Shown here: positions 13,701-25,683 of the stretch, in pieces
Layout: the number at the start of each line of letters is the position of its first letter
Numbering within the stretch: position 1 is the stretch's first letter
Assembly (NCBI GenBank): GCA_001949185.1
Contig: BDGG01000014.1
Location: 248,001 to 312,000 of the forward strand
Reading direction: 5' to 3'
Length of the DNA: 64,000 nt
From: Ramazzottius varieornatus
Lineage: Eukaryota; Animalia; Tardigrada
Program-made: the position numbers and the translations under genes
The notes under the pieces: generated by a model
The model's database searches: none
What the model was told of the DNA's origin: nothing
What the model saw: the letters and a program-made list of their open reading frames with translations, nothing else

Positions 13701-16700
13701 ATGGCAGGCCGTTTTGTGATCATGTTCCAGCCTGACCTCATGCGTTTTCGAGCAAGTTCAGAAACCCTTTCTTGCAAGAGACAATCTTGTCTTGTTTGTC
13801 CAGCCGAAGATAGACCAGTTCTTCGGGATTATTCTAATGTATTGGTTGAGTTGACCGGGAACCTAAAAGACGAGATATGGCGGGAACAATGTACGCCAAA
13901 ATGGCCGAGCCTGACGAGGGAATTATGCCTGTCCTCCGCCTTCCCGAAATATTCTGGTATGATAGAATGGTAGAGAAGAGTCTGCTCCATCATCTGAAAC
14001 TGGCGTAGACTGCCGAATGAAATCCTGGAAGCCTATACAGGAACCGGAAGTGACGTCAAAATCTGGGCGGTACATAGTTAGTCAATCAAGCGGTTTGATT
14101 TCCATGTGGTTGATTCGTTGCTGATTGACAGAGCTACGTCGTGCTTCAGCATGCAAGCTCATCACTTCTGTTTTTGAGAATCCCTTTCTCCTCTTCTTCT
14201 CCTTTCGATAGCACCAAGGATCCAGCTAATCCCTTCAACATTTTGAAACTACTGCAGTCGGACTACGAGCAACATTCTCAACTATGCGACCCTCCGAGCG
14301 AATTTGACAGAATGTTAAAGACATTCATCAAGGGTACTGTAAACTTTCACCGTTATATCGCTATTTTAAAGCATGTCTCAGGCTTGATCTTGTACTTAGA
14401 CGTCCAGATTTAGACGTGCAGTAGTTTCAAAATGTTGAAGGGATTAACTGGATCCATGGTGCTATCGAAAGGAGAAGAAGAGGAGAAAGGGATTCTCAAA
14501 AACAGAAGTGATGAGCTTGCATGCTGAAGTACGACGTAGCTCTGTCAATCAGCAACGAATCAACCACATGGAAATCAAACCGCTTGATTGACTAACTATG
14601 TACCGCCCAGATTTTGACGTCACTTCCGGTTCCTGTATAGGCTTCCAGGATTTCATTCGGCAGTCTACGCCAGTTTCAGATGATGGAGCAGACTCTTCTC
14701 TACCATTCTATCATACCAGAATATTTCGGGAAGGCGGAGGACAGGCATAATCCCCTCGTGAGAGCGAGTTGGGCAATCAGTGTTAGCCAAACATGCCAGA
14801 ACGACAAATTTGAAAGCGCTCTGTTTGTACTATACGGCCTGCCTTCGTCTAGGCATCGTTCCGTGACAGACTAACGTCATACTGGGGGTTGTACAGCGTC
14901 CGCCTCAGTACATGACGTCGTGTCGCTGCTAATCATGTCAAGGCCGTGCAGCCGGTATAGTGCGCTGCCTCTTCGTACACGGACGATGGGTAAGTATGGG
15001 ACAGTAAAAAGTATGGGAAAGGCGCAAAGGACGGCAGATTCACATTACGAATGCGAGCCAGCAATGAGAATCGAGCCTATGACGTAACGCAGTGAAATTT
15101 AACCGTAGAAAATTGTAATGGACAGTGCCCATCAGCCAATCAGCTGTTTGACTCTTGCGCTTCGAGGCTGCGGATTGTTTATTTAATTTCTTCTAGAGAT
15201 ACACTTGAGTTTACATCGTTTCTGTTTCCATAATGTGCCAGCCCTTCAAGACCAAGCGACCTCGACGGTACACCGAAACAGGCTTGAAGGACGCGCTTCC
15301 TGCTATTTAGCACGTAAGTACAGCAAAGCAGCCTTCAGTGTTGATTTTGCTTCTAGTAAGAATCACCTACCCGTGCCGCCGTAGCGAAAAGACCTGTCCC
15401 ATACTTGCCCATAGTGAATGTGTAGCTATAGTCAACCAGTCAGCGAGGCACCTGCTGTTTCATGGTTAACAGCAGTATCTGGTGGTGATGTCGGTTCGGC
15501 GCAGTCAGTGCAGTTTTCGCAGTCTTCTCGTGGACAGCAACACTTCCGACCAATACTATAAGCGTGGACTAACTTTTTTAACGAGTTCGCTCACAGCTCT
15601 CCGTCGTGACCAACATGCGTATAAGTTAGATGGTTGCAGCCGGACAGAATTAATCGGATTCGTATGCGTCGATGGCCTTGTATGTGAAACGTCGGCAGCT
15701 GAACTGCTGAAGGCATGTCATATCCGGTCCCTGCTATGTCTTCGGCATTCTTTAGGAGTACGAGGGCTCGACAGTGGAGTGACGACCGCGGGAAAACGAC
15801 TGTCAAGTGGCCACAGCTAGACCCCAGCAGCCGCTTCTTCAATTCTTTTCGTTCATTCGATAGATAATCATGTTAACTTGTTTGTCAGACATAAGGAAGG
15901 CGAAACAAGGCTTGAAACGTTCAGCAGGGATCTGCGGGAGAAGGCAGAGTCTTGCCAATGTTAAAAAGCCTGTTTTGACCAAATCAGCTGATTTTGATCA
16001 GTTAATCAACCACCCCATACGGTGCTTGAACTTTCGTAGTGTGGCCACTCCGACGGCTAATTTCTGGGGTGGCCACTCCACTGCCGACTCCTCGTACTGT
16101 CTCTTTCACCTGAAGATCGCCATGTGTTGACCACTGTAGTCCACAACTACTGCAGAGCCTTCGGGCTGCTACAGGTAGAGGGACAGGGTACTGTATTCCC
16201 TCGATGGTTTCGCGAATCACGTGACGGTCGACGTAAATATTACCCGGCGGGACTAGAAAATTACATGTGTCTTCGATCAAAAGCACTTGCCAATCAATTT
16301 GTGTGACCAATAGCGCTGTATATTTCTGTGGACGAATCTTCCACCGAGCTGAAACTACACTCGAAAGACGCATCTAAATTCTCAGGGCCATCTAAACTCT
16401 CTTCCTTGCCAGCTAACATGTGCAGAGGTTCTGGCATAATATGAGCTCCAACAAAAGAATTTTCAACTGTAGAAACCTTGATTTTCTCCCAAGCTCGAGA
16501 AACAAAATTTATGAAATCCTGACGCCCTGGCTTTTTCCTCTTGGTAACCGCAGTACAATCATCCCTCCACACATGGTAGGATTTGCGCAGGTATGACTTG
16601 AACGGGAAGTTCACACCAACATCCAAAGGCTGGTAGGTACCGGTGAGACCCGCAGGAATAAAAACTCGTTCAATTCCCAAGCTTTCCAGTAGTAGCCGAC

Positions 16701-19310
16701 TTTCAAAACTGCCATGAGCTGGTGCGCGATCGCGAATCAAGGTACCACCGTCATGCCTTTCATCGAACATTTCTTTGATCCAGAACTGATCAAAAGCAGA
16801 ATTCCACCATCCCGAATGAGTACTGAAGATACGGACGTTTCCAGGTATCTCCAACTTGTTGAGAATTCTTGATGAGAGCCTTCCGGTCTTCTTGTTGCCC
16901 TTGAACACAATGGAGGCTGGAAATTTCGAACCATCGGCGCAGATCGTGAGGCAGACCGTCAGACATTCTGAGTCTCCTGGAGGTTGGACTACTCGTACTT
17001 CCTTCGCACCTTTCGGGGACAGAGTCTTTTTATAATGCAGGAGTAATTTATAATACTTTTTATAATGCATGAGTAATTTACGTCGACCGTCACGTGATTC
17101 GCGAAACCACCGAGGGAATACAGTATGGCAATCAGGTTAGTTGTGCCTACCCCGCAGCAAGTAGGCACAACTAACCGTGCTGGGGTCATGTGAGTACTCA
17201 AATGACCCTGGTCGTGTATTGCCCTGTCCCATGTCGAATAAAAACACGACAGTTGTTTGCCAGATGCTCCCTCAGTCCCCCGTTATCTCCTCGAAAGGTT
17301 TCATGGTACATATGTATCAAGCAAATCCTTCCCAACTTTACAGTGATTGTTTCGGATATTTAATATTTTGGCCTCCCTGGTCGAAAAAACTGTTTTCAAA
17401 AAACCCAACAAAATGTTGGAAAAAGGCTTAACTCTGGAAAACCAACAAAACTTTAAACTTCAAACTCACTACTCATCACCAATTATAGTTTTTGTTCGAA
17501 GAGCAACGTCGGTTAAGTGGATTTTTCATATTTGCAAACTATTTGGATTGGTTCTGGATGAGCAGAGATTTTTCCCGCCACTGCCGTATTCTCCTCGACA
17601 CTGGCCGCTACCGGGTTGATAAAATTGAATTTTACCTTTCACCTTTTTGTGTACTCTATTTCCAATGCAGGTATGGATTTCCACCGAACTATCCTGCCTT
17701 TCTTGTGGGAGAGTTTCCGACGCAAAAGGTAAGTGCAGTACACGCACGACGAGATATTATGGGACAGTAAAAATTAGGGGCCAGGCCCTTTCGCTACGGC
17801 AGCACGGCAGGTGATTCTTGCTTCAGGTAAAAACCACATCGAAGGCTACACTGCTGTACGTGCGTGCTGGATATTGGGCCGAGGAGCCAAAGCTTGTCAT
17901 AATTATTGATGTTATAGCAGTCAGATCTTCATTATACCTTCGACAGTTCAAACTACTCCAAGGCTTCTCCGACCTCCGGGAGAAAGTTGACAGCAGCATA
18001 GAAGCGTTGGAGTAAAACAGCCGATCAGCTGATGGCCACTGTCCATGAAAATTTTCTACGGTTGAATTTTACTACGCTACGTCATTTGTGCGATTTCTGT
18101 TTCTGACTTCCATACAAATTGTATATTTGCCGTCTTTTCCGCCTGGCTCGTAATTTTTTCTGGCCCGTAATATCTTGTCGTGCGTGTACTGACAAGGGCT
18201 TAACGTCAATACTGGATCCAGCTCTAGGCCGCAGAACCAGAGCAAGAGAAGACTTTGTTCTACAAACTGGGATAGGCAGTCTCGCTCAAAACAAAATCCT
18301 GGACTCCAGGCGGAATTCGGGAAGGGCGCACAGGCCTTACAGGACTGGTTCCGATGACGTGACGTTCTCTGATTAAAGCTATCGATTGACTACAGAACGA
18401 TCATGACTGCCAGTCCCCCCCTCCCCCACTGCCCACCATTAGTACCCACCGTCGCAGTTTTTCCAGCAAAACAGGCTCTTCCTTATCATTCTGCTGTCAC
18501 GGTTTGCGGCTTAGAGCTGGCAGACTTGCGTAAGCCCCTTGTGAGGGATGTACAATGGCCTCTGTGATAACTTCAGTACGTCATAGCTCTTGTTTTAACT
18601 TGCGAGAATAGGATATTGAGGAGCTTGCAAATGTCTTACGAAGGATACGACGTCATCCACAGTACATACTAAGCCGGGCTTGAGTGTTATCTGTGCGTAA
18701 GTCTCAACCATTTCTTACGTCTCTGGCTTTTCACAGTTTTATTTCTAATCTCTGATACACTAGAAGACCACGACCGCCTATTAGATTATTTTTATTAACT
18801 GGAATATATGCCGCAATGAGAAATCTTTGAATTTTGAGTGCTTGCAGGCTAAATACTCGCTACTTTGCAGCCGTACTTCCTACTTTCTGACGTCACAAGT
18901 ATCTTGAAATATAGATCCACGCAAACCCCCTAACACGATCGACGGGCTGTGACGTATTGAAGTCATCACAGAGGCCAGTGTATCTTGTTGCTGTACTGTA
19001 CCATGCTAGATAATCTGTTTCACAGGAAGGATTCACGGAGAAGGATATCTTTGATCAACTTCCTCCCCAGAATTTGATTTTAGACGCAATGGTCGTGACG
19101 CGGTTACTGAGTACGAGGGGAACTCAGCCTCTGGGGGATTTCGAGGTGCAATACTTGCACGATCCAGTCAGTGTTGCCGCTGCCGAACAACTGCGTCAAG
19201 ACCTTCGGGGCGTATCAGACAACATACGGAAGAGGAACGCGGCCAAAACTACCAGGTTTCCTTATCCGTGGCTCGATCCTGACGGCATCCCCAACTCTAT
19301 CAGTATCTGA
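7786..19310 (+). CDS. Iron lipoxygenase (animal type, resembling coral/invertebrate LOX), multi-exon; 5' PLAT exons unresolved
   Basis: Spliced exons give DTSLPQNDEWPEHRKSEL, WTSDYWFGAQRIQGANP, WLVAKMYYNNADSAMHQSITHLGFTH (His ligands), YYPYRDDA, CSVGHAASNFMQYDE, a 58-nt exon YGFPPNYP (17671-17728) and a last exon 19026-19310 ending PNSISI (C-terminal Ile ligand). Splice phases are consistent where checked. Confidence 0.93.
12325..13050. mobile_element. Degenerate MITE in LOX intron
   Basis: Imperfect inverted ends GGGAGTTCACCAGTGGATTTCACCGTCGGTAGG / CCTACCGGCGGTGGAACTTACTGGTCAACTCTCCC. Confidence 0.45.
13915..14758. repeat. Long near-perfect inverted repeat (foldback-like element): 342-bp arms, 160-bp spacer
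   Basis: 13915-14256 is the reverse complement of 14417-14758, with about four mismatches seen by eye. TGA lies immediately outside both ends and may be a 3-bp TSD. Confidence 0.9.
14978..15422 (+). mobile_element. MITE family A copy carrying a pogo psq-HTH remnant
   Basis: TA-flanked family A TIRs. Internal sequence at ~15255-15310 translates KTKRPRRYTETGLKDALPAI*, resembling the N-terminus at 1079-1140. Confidence 0.65.
16191..17123 (-). mobile_element. Internally deleted pogo/Tigger-like DNA transposon with DDE_1 transposase fragment
   Basis: TA-CTGTATTCCCTCGATGGTTTCGCGAATCACGTGACGGTCGACGTAAA at the left, with a near-perfect inverse followed by TA at the right. ORF 16294-17070 has TVCLTICADGSKFPASIVFKG, IRDRAPAH and YQPLDVGVNFPFK. 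The HTH region and first catalytic Asp are missing. Confidence 0.9.
17741..18186 (-). mobile_element. MITE family A copy, inverted relative to 14978-15422
   Basis: TA-CACGCACGACGAGATATTATGGGACAG ... CCGTAATATCTTGTCGTGCGTG-TA. Internal blocks match the reverse complement of 15080-15150 and 15300-15400. Confidence 0.7.
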
Positions 19311-19498
19311 TCCGAACAATCGTTCAGTCTGTTGAAACTATGTGACAGTGATTGCCCTGAATCCATTTTAGCGTTTTCTACTCATCGCGAATTTCTCTTC
19401 CGTACACAACTGATGCGCGAGTATTACCCGAAAGTCGAAAAATGAAATTCTTCGAAGAAGTGCTAGAATAAGAACACGGCATGCTAATGAATGTTATA

Positions 19499-20120
19499 TC
19501 ATCTAGATAGTTTTCCAGATCGAAACAAGTTCAGTAAAACTACTGCGAGCAAGAATGGTATACTAGTCCGGTGATTTCGTTTCAGGTTAGACGCGTTGCA
19601 CAGATGCTTGTTATCACAGTGACATAGGACTTCTTGTCCTCCGTCGGTACTGTTGCTGATACTGCACTCCATGAGGGGCTTGGTGTTGTTCGGGTTTGCC
19701 AGGCCGCAGGAATATTTCCGTACTAATAACTCTATGCGACAGCACAATTTTAATTATGATGTGTTGGGAAGTGAAGCACTCCCCATGGAGGGCGCACGTA
19801 CCTGCTCCGTTTGCAGCTTTTCGAAAATACTCCGTCTTGGTACAGTATGGTGGATTGGCCAGTAGTTCGTTGCCGGCGCAAGTAACTTCAGTAACGGGTG
19901 GCTTTGTCCTACTACAGGGATTATGGGTTGCGTTGTGAACACTGTCGCAGCCTCCGTCGTAACATAGCAAAGCGCTTCCTACGAATTTTTAAGACAAGAA
20001 CTTTTAATGACCCGTCTACACAATACTTCCCAGCCCTTGTACTTTGGGGCATACAGTGCCTTGAGGAAAAAATAATACGCTGGTCCACAGAAAATATAAG
20101 GCAACATCGGTCTCCGACAT
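19499..20120 (-). CDS. Ly6/uPAR three-finger (quiver/sleepless-like) GPI-anchored protein
   Basis: Hydrophobic leader exon, LLCYDGGCD...YCTKT, then RKYSCG...CHCDNKHLCN (CxCxxxxxCN) and a hydrophobic tail IPFLLAVVLLNLF. The first splice donor is uncertain. Confidence 0.7.
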
Positions 20121-20917
20121 TTTAGGCGCCGAATTAAGCAAAGGATTGGCTGTACGATTGGAGTAAGCCTATAGAATCAGTGTATGACAGTAATGCAAAA
20201 AATAAACAGTCCAAGGCGGTAGTACGTGTTTTCGGTCTTTCTGACTTCTTTTGTGGTTCGTGCACGTTATACATTATGGAATCACTTCCTATCGATTCCG
20301 TTTTTCTGGGGACAAGACGCCACTCCGCAACCAGATGAAGCATCCGCATCGGTTCGTAGCGAGGCTGGTCGGACAGTGTGCACTTATCTCATGCTCACGG
20401 GTCACTTCGTACCACTTCGTACCTCGGGCTCAAGCAATTCACTCATCATATCTCCACAAACTCACAACTACAAACTGAGCGGCACGTTTACCTTCGAAAG
20501 CAAAAATTGTATTCGTTCAGCTTAAGTGACTGAGTCTCCATATACTACAGAAGTCCAAACAGGAAAGCCGAAAAATATTGTAGTCTCATACAATCCGAGA
20601 ACTAGATCCCATTATTTACGAAAACAAGTAATACCACAGCCAAACCAGCAGACAAATGTTTTTTATTGGTAGAAAGCCACTTGTTTGAACATGACCAGGA
20701 AATGTCAGAATCGGAGCCGCATGTGCACTGAAGCAGGCGTTCCAGAGTTCGGATTATTCCTGTTTGGCCAGCATTACTAGGCCTTGTCCTGCTTAGACAT
20801 GGGGCTTCGGGACAGAATGTTGGATGCTTTCTCATTCCGGGCCATAGGGGTGAAAAATTGGAAAGGATAGAACCTTCGGCCTACAAAGTTAGAGAAAGTT
20901 TCGTCGGCAGTCGTACA

Positions 20918-21442
20918 TTATTCTGATGAGGCTTTAGGAAATTCGGGAATCTGGCTGCGCGGTCTTTCATACCTATAGCTTCCGAGGTAGGTCCCCACGA
21001 AGAGTACATCCACGGGGGTAATGACCCAGTGTTGGAATAGAGACTGATGGGGGACTGGTTGTCGTTGTTGGGTGGCGCAACGAGACTACAAAAATAACAG
21101 CAGTCGGTTTTCTGAAGAGTATACCACTTCGTTCAATCGAAGAGCACGTAAGTTTAAAGGTTATTGTAGAAGAGTATCCTTTTCGCACCTGTCAAGCGAT
21201 TCATCTTGCGGGTCAGCGTCCAGTTGGACATCGTTCGGGCTGTTCAGTTGGTACAAGCTATCACCTCCGCGCTTGCCGAAGCCTCTGGCTGTCTGAAGTC
21301 CAAAGTTCTTGAAGGCAAAGGTGCGTCTTTGTGACCGCGGCATCCCGTAATCCAGTGCCGTACACAGGAACATCTGTTGCGTAATAAGAACCGCAGCGCA
21401 ATACATGATTAACCAACAAGACAAACTCACACTGGAAGACAT
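20918..21442 (-). CDS. AT: Allatotropin (orexin-type) neuropeptide precursor
   Basis: Signal peptide, then RR-TFAFKNFGLQTARGF-GKR, giving an amidated TARGFamide, the allatotropin signature. The main exon (~21188-21442) is clear; the short last exon (~20918-20972) is tentative. Confidence 0.85.
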
Positions 21443-21799
21443 TTCGAAAATATTCGGTCGGAATATCGTCGCCTAGTCCTCCTGGTCGAAAATGCGACGA
21501 TAGCTCAGAGCGAATGAAAGCTCAACTGGCTTAAGGGGTCAACTTCCTGGCTGAACTTCAAACTAGTCGATTCTTCCAAGCGATTTCATTTATATGCCTT
21601 CCAAACGGCGCCTTTTGATGCCCACCAACGCGAGGGACAATTACTGTCATGCTCCGCGGGACAGCTCAGTTGAAGGATCCACGTCATGAACTCATCGATG
21701 TGAGTTTGCCAAAGTCCCCGGGCCATTGAGCAGCGATGACAAGACATGCTTGACAAGATCAACCTGGGATCGCACTCAATCGAATTATGGGATTAAGTG

Positions 21800-22398
21800 T
21801 CCAATTCACAGCAATAACATTGGTATATCGAGCGTCAGCCGCCGTTTGCACAAACTGTTACAAAGAACAACTTTATCTGCCTTTAGGGCATTGGGCGAGG
21901 CCACCAATCTACGTTGCCGCAAAAGTTGAGCTGCTCATCATCAGCAGAAATCAATGGCAATCTGTTGGGAGCACCCATCCGAATATGCATGCCTACTAAA
22001 AGTTTTTTGGTTTTTCCGGGATCGTCACTGTACCGTTGCAAACGCAGGTTCAAGAAACGACAATCCTTCGTGAATGGAAGCGGTCGAAATGCAATTATCG
22101 AGACTTTCGACGGCCTGCAGTCAATCGACAGTATTTTTCTAACGGTGCTCCGCCAGACTTGTTTGCTTGGTGTCCCCACGACGTAGACGCCGGCACTAGA
22201 GCTTCTAGAATAGTTGAGATCCTTTGGGCTCGCCCAATTCGCAGTAACCAATTTACTCCCAGAAATCTTCAAGGACCCGTATGAGCGTAAAAGTTGCGTG
22301 ACGGAATAAGTTTCGGGGATCTGTGGATTTAGCGCTACACTGTTTCCTTTCGAACGATGCGAACAGAATAACCAACTGATCGACATTCCCATGAGCAT
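21800..22398 (-). pseudogene. Probable decayed paralog of the adjacent Ly6-like genes
   Basis: LLRSYGS resembles LHRSYGS, and FRPLPFTKDC resembles VASLPFNQC/VTPLPYDAC in the neighbouring genes. Most cysteines are lost. Confidence 0.35.
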
Positions 22399-22605
22399 TT
22401 TATGCTACCGCCACTTTAGACAAAAGCAAAAAGTGAGCTGTTCGCTCTGCAATGCAGCCAGCATAATGTCGGGCATGCTTGCAAATCCGATGCCAAATTA
22501 ACTTCTTCGTGTGACCACGATACTACGTTAAGGCATTACTCTGTCACACGCAATAAAACAATCAAGTTTGTCATCGGGTGGGCAAGCATACTCGACATTT
22601 TAGAC

Positions 22606-24076
22606 TTAGAACAGGACGACAGCACATGCCACCAAACCGCTAAACATCAAAGGGGCACCAGCCGGTCTCCCAATCACCCCTCTACTATTGCCTTGGTTTT
22701 GAACGTCCATCCCGCTCAGATCGGTGGCGTTGTTGCGCGGTAAAATTACTTGCTGGTAATAATGTGAACCATTGGGCCACATCGCAAGTTGAGTGTGCCC
22801 GACGTTGTTGCAAAAGTCGCCTTCACAGGTACACATCCAAGCTAGACCTTTCGGACCGATGGATGTGTTTGTTTGGTGGACTTTGGTGCACGTGCCGTCT
22901 ATCATCGATGGATCGTCCCGAAAGCACCCTCTCGCCACTCTCGTGGCTAGAAAAGATAACAGAAAGAATTGCGCGACAGCGGTGGGTACTGAAATCTGAA
23001 TTTTCTGAACTGAACCAAATCGTCATATCAGGCGGCGCACGTTCTCATAACTACTGGTTGAAAGAGTGCGCCACTTGGGAAAGCGTTCTGGCTCAAATCA
23101 GTTGCTCGCGTCGCGCCTACGTTTTCCAGTCAGGATGTCGTTGTTGTGATAAGCCAGGTAGGTGACGCATCGGGTATAATTCATTTTTCGTGTGGGCGGT
23201 ACTTCAAATATGAACTCCATAAGGTTGTCTTTGTGAAGTGGGATGTGCACGCAAGAGATCTTGAAGCGCTCCAAGATTTCCGGGTCGGACTGAAAGCAGT
23301 CCGGTGCGCTCCGAAAGCTTTCCGGGGTGAGTCGATCATGGATTATACCCCGATCTCCAGTGTCGCAAACGTAGCATTCCCGATATAAACCTGGGACACA
23401 ATTTCGAATTTACCATCGATCGGAACGAAGCCGGATACATTAATACTGTGGTAAATTCGCACCTTGACCAGGACGGTTCTTAGCCTCGATCAGGCCAGCT
23501 GGCGGGTTGTACAGTTCATAGTAGGTTACCCCGGTTTGCTTGCTAACTTTTACTCGAGGCCGTTTGTATGTATTGCACGCTGGACCCTTGCAATAACAGT
23601 GCAACACTGTGGGATTCTGGACATCCGTGAAGCAGCTCTTGTCAGGATTGTTGGCCACAGTGCAAGTCCGTTTTACGGATACCGCTGTGATAGAGGATAA
23701 GCTAAGAACGGTTTCTTGGTACAGTCATTCAGACATTACACTAGAGAGAACTAGACTTACGGTACTGGTGGTAATCTCCGTTGTCAAACTCGTACATCAT
23801 CATGCACTGGTTGAACGGTAGAGATGCAACAGAAGCATTCTGCAAATGGATACAGGGTCGAACGAGCAGTTTCAGTTTGTTCCAATCGTTTGTCCAACAT
23901 TCCTCTCGGTTTTTGTTTTGTCGCGGCATAAGCCAGTCATCCTCCGACGAGCCATACGATCGGTGCAACTCCGAGTCACACATGACACATTTAAGTGGCT
24001 GAGCAACTGTTTGGCCCAGAACAGAGTGCTGAAGCAGAAGTAAGTTAACTGATACATGAACCAAACGGTAAATCAT
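22606..24076 (-). CDS. Secreted/GPI-anchored protein with two tandem Ly6/three-finger-like domains (4 exons)
   Basis: Signal MIYRLVHVSVNLLLLQHSVLG; domain 1 LKCVMCDS...HCYCKGPACN; a phase-1 intron leads into domain 2 ECYVCDTG...VARGC...MCTCEGDFCN; hydrophobic C-terminus LMFSGLVACAVVLF. Confidence 0.75.
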
Positions 24077-24331
24077 AGTGAAAATAGATCAAGCTGAAAG
24101 TCGCGTAGGTCAGTAGTGCATCTTATCAAAAATTCGCAGTGCAGTTCCCCCTCGAAAAGAAGTACTTCAGACAGACTCAGCAGTGCAAAACGCTTTCAGA
24201 GATGTACAAGTCGGACAGTCCATCTTGTTCAGAGTTTATCTGCAGATCACAAACTACCTGTTACTGGGAAACCAGCATGCGGTAACTCCGCCAGAATGCA
24301 ACAATCAGTACAATAACTCAACGAAACAAGC

Positions 24332-25325
24332 CTAGAACATGAATCCAAATAATATTAAGAAAATACTAAACAATAGTCCACAGGGTTGGATCCATTTTGC
24401 TGTGCCTATAACGTCCAGCACGACTGGTCTGGTGACGTTCGAGTGCGTCAAATCTATGGTATTTTGCATGAATTCGTAGGGGTTTGCGGTGACGAACGGG
24501 TCGTTATCAGCCGAGCTCGGAAAGTCCGCAGGGTCGTTGGACATCTCGTAATACGTTTTTTTCTGGCTGTCAGTTTTGATCACTGGTCGCTTGTAACAGT
24601 TGCAGTTATTCCCGCGACACCAGCATTTGAGGGTGTTATTGAGGTAAGGACTTTGGTCGTAACATCTGTTGTTTGCTTGATCGTTGATCCAGCACGTTCG
24701 TAAAACACGAACCGCTAAAAATGGTCACAACAGATTCTGGTTGTGTCGGAACCATATCAATAACCGCAGTGCCCACCCGACAGTGCTGCGTTTAGTTTCG
24801 GGCATGAATTCCGTACTTTCGATCAATCAAGCACAGCGGATCCACTGAGACTGGATAGTAATGATTGGTTCTTGTAACTCGACTTCAAATCAGTTTTCAA
24901 CATCAGTCTTCACTTGATTTGGCGTCGCTTGATCGATGGTTAAGTAGGAAAAACATACCCAGACGGAATACGACACTGTCACGCGACCAGTGTTATGCTA
25001 GGAGTTGATCAGACTTACGGTCGCGATCAAAGCCACCTTTGTCGAAAACGAAATTTGTCTGGCACGCGTCATATGGAAGAGGCGTCACACTAAATGCCGG
25101 TAGATGAAGGCAGGGTCGGCTAAACGGTTTTAGTACTTCAGGATCGTTGGATGCGCATTCCGGACGACCTAAACTTTTGGGCGGTATGAGGTACGCATCC
25201 TCGGGTACGTCCAATTTTTCACCTGTGTCACAAATGTAGCAATTCGATTGTCCAACGACCAACACAGGCTGCTCGAGAAAAATTGTACAAGATAATGCCA
25301 TGATCACCAGCCATGTGCAAGCCAT
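24332..25325 (-). CDS. Ly6/three-finger-like membrane-anchored protein (2 exons), paralog of 22606-24076
   Basis: Signal peptide, NCYICDTG...PECASNDPEVLKPFSRPCLHLP...; exon 2 VLRTC...KCWCRGNNCNCYKRPVIK...TYYE; hydrophobic tail LLFSIFLILFGFMF. Confidence 0.75.
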
Positions 25326-25683
25326 GGAGATGGTAGCGTTAGGCCGAAAGGATACTGCATTTTTTTCATCGAAGTCTGCATTTACACATAGAACCACATT
25401 CAGATATTCGCTTGTACTGAGTCGCAGTCACGGTTCGACCAAGCCAGGCGCGGAGAAGTCCTCCACGGCAACCTGGGTAACGAGACTAAAATGAGGCGTT
25501 CGACAGCCGTATAAGTCTCGGATGCGTTGTTACTCAGAGAAAGGCTGGCGCCGACAGCCCCATGTTTTACACATCTTCCCATTTGCCAACAATAAACTGA
25601 GATTCGAACAGATTTCAGGGTTTTGGCGCTTTTCGTTTCTTCATGGGTAAGCCCATTGATAAACTTCTCAAAATATAATCTTG

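Noticed and set aside
17026-17080. HYKKYYKLLLHYKK N-terminus of the pogo ORF
   Set aside because: Artefact of a ~30-bp tandem duplication at the deletion junction, not a protein motif.
23270-23290. Apparent frameshift in Ly6 domain 2
   Set aside because: Re-reading gives an in-frame SDPEILERF; there is no lesion.
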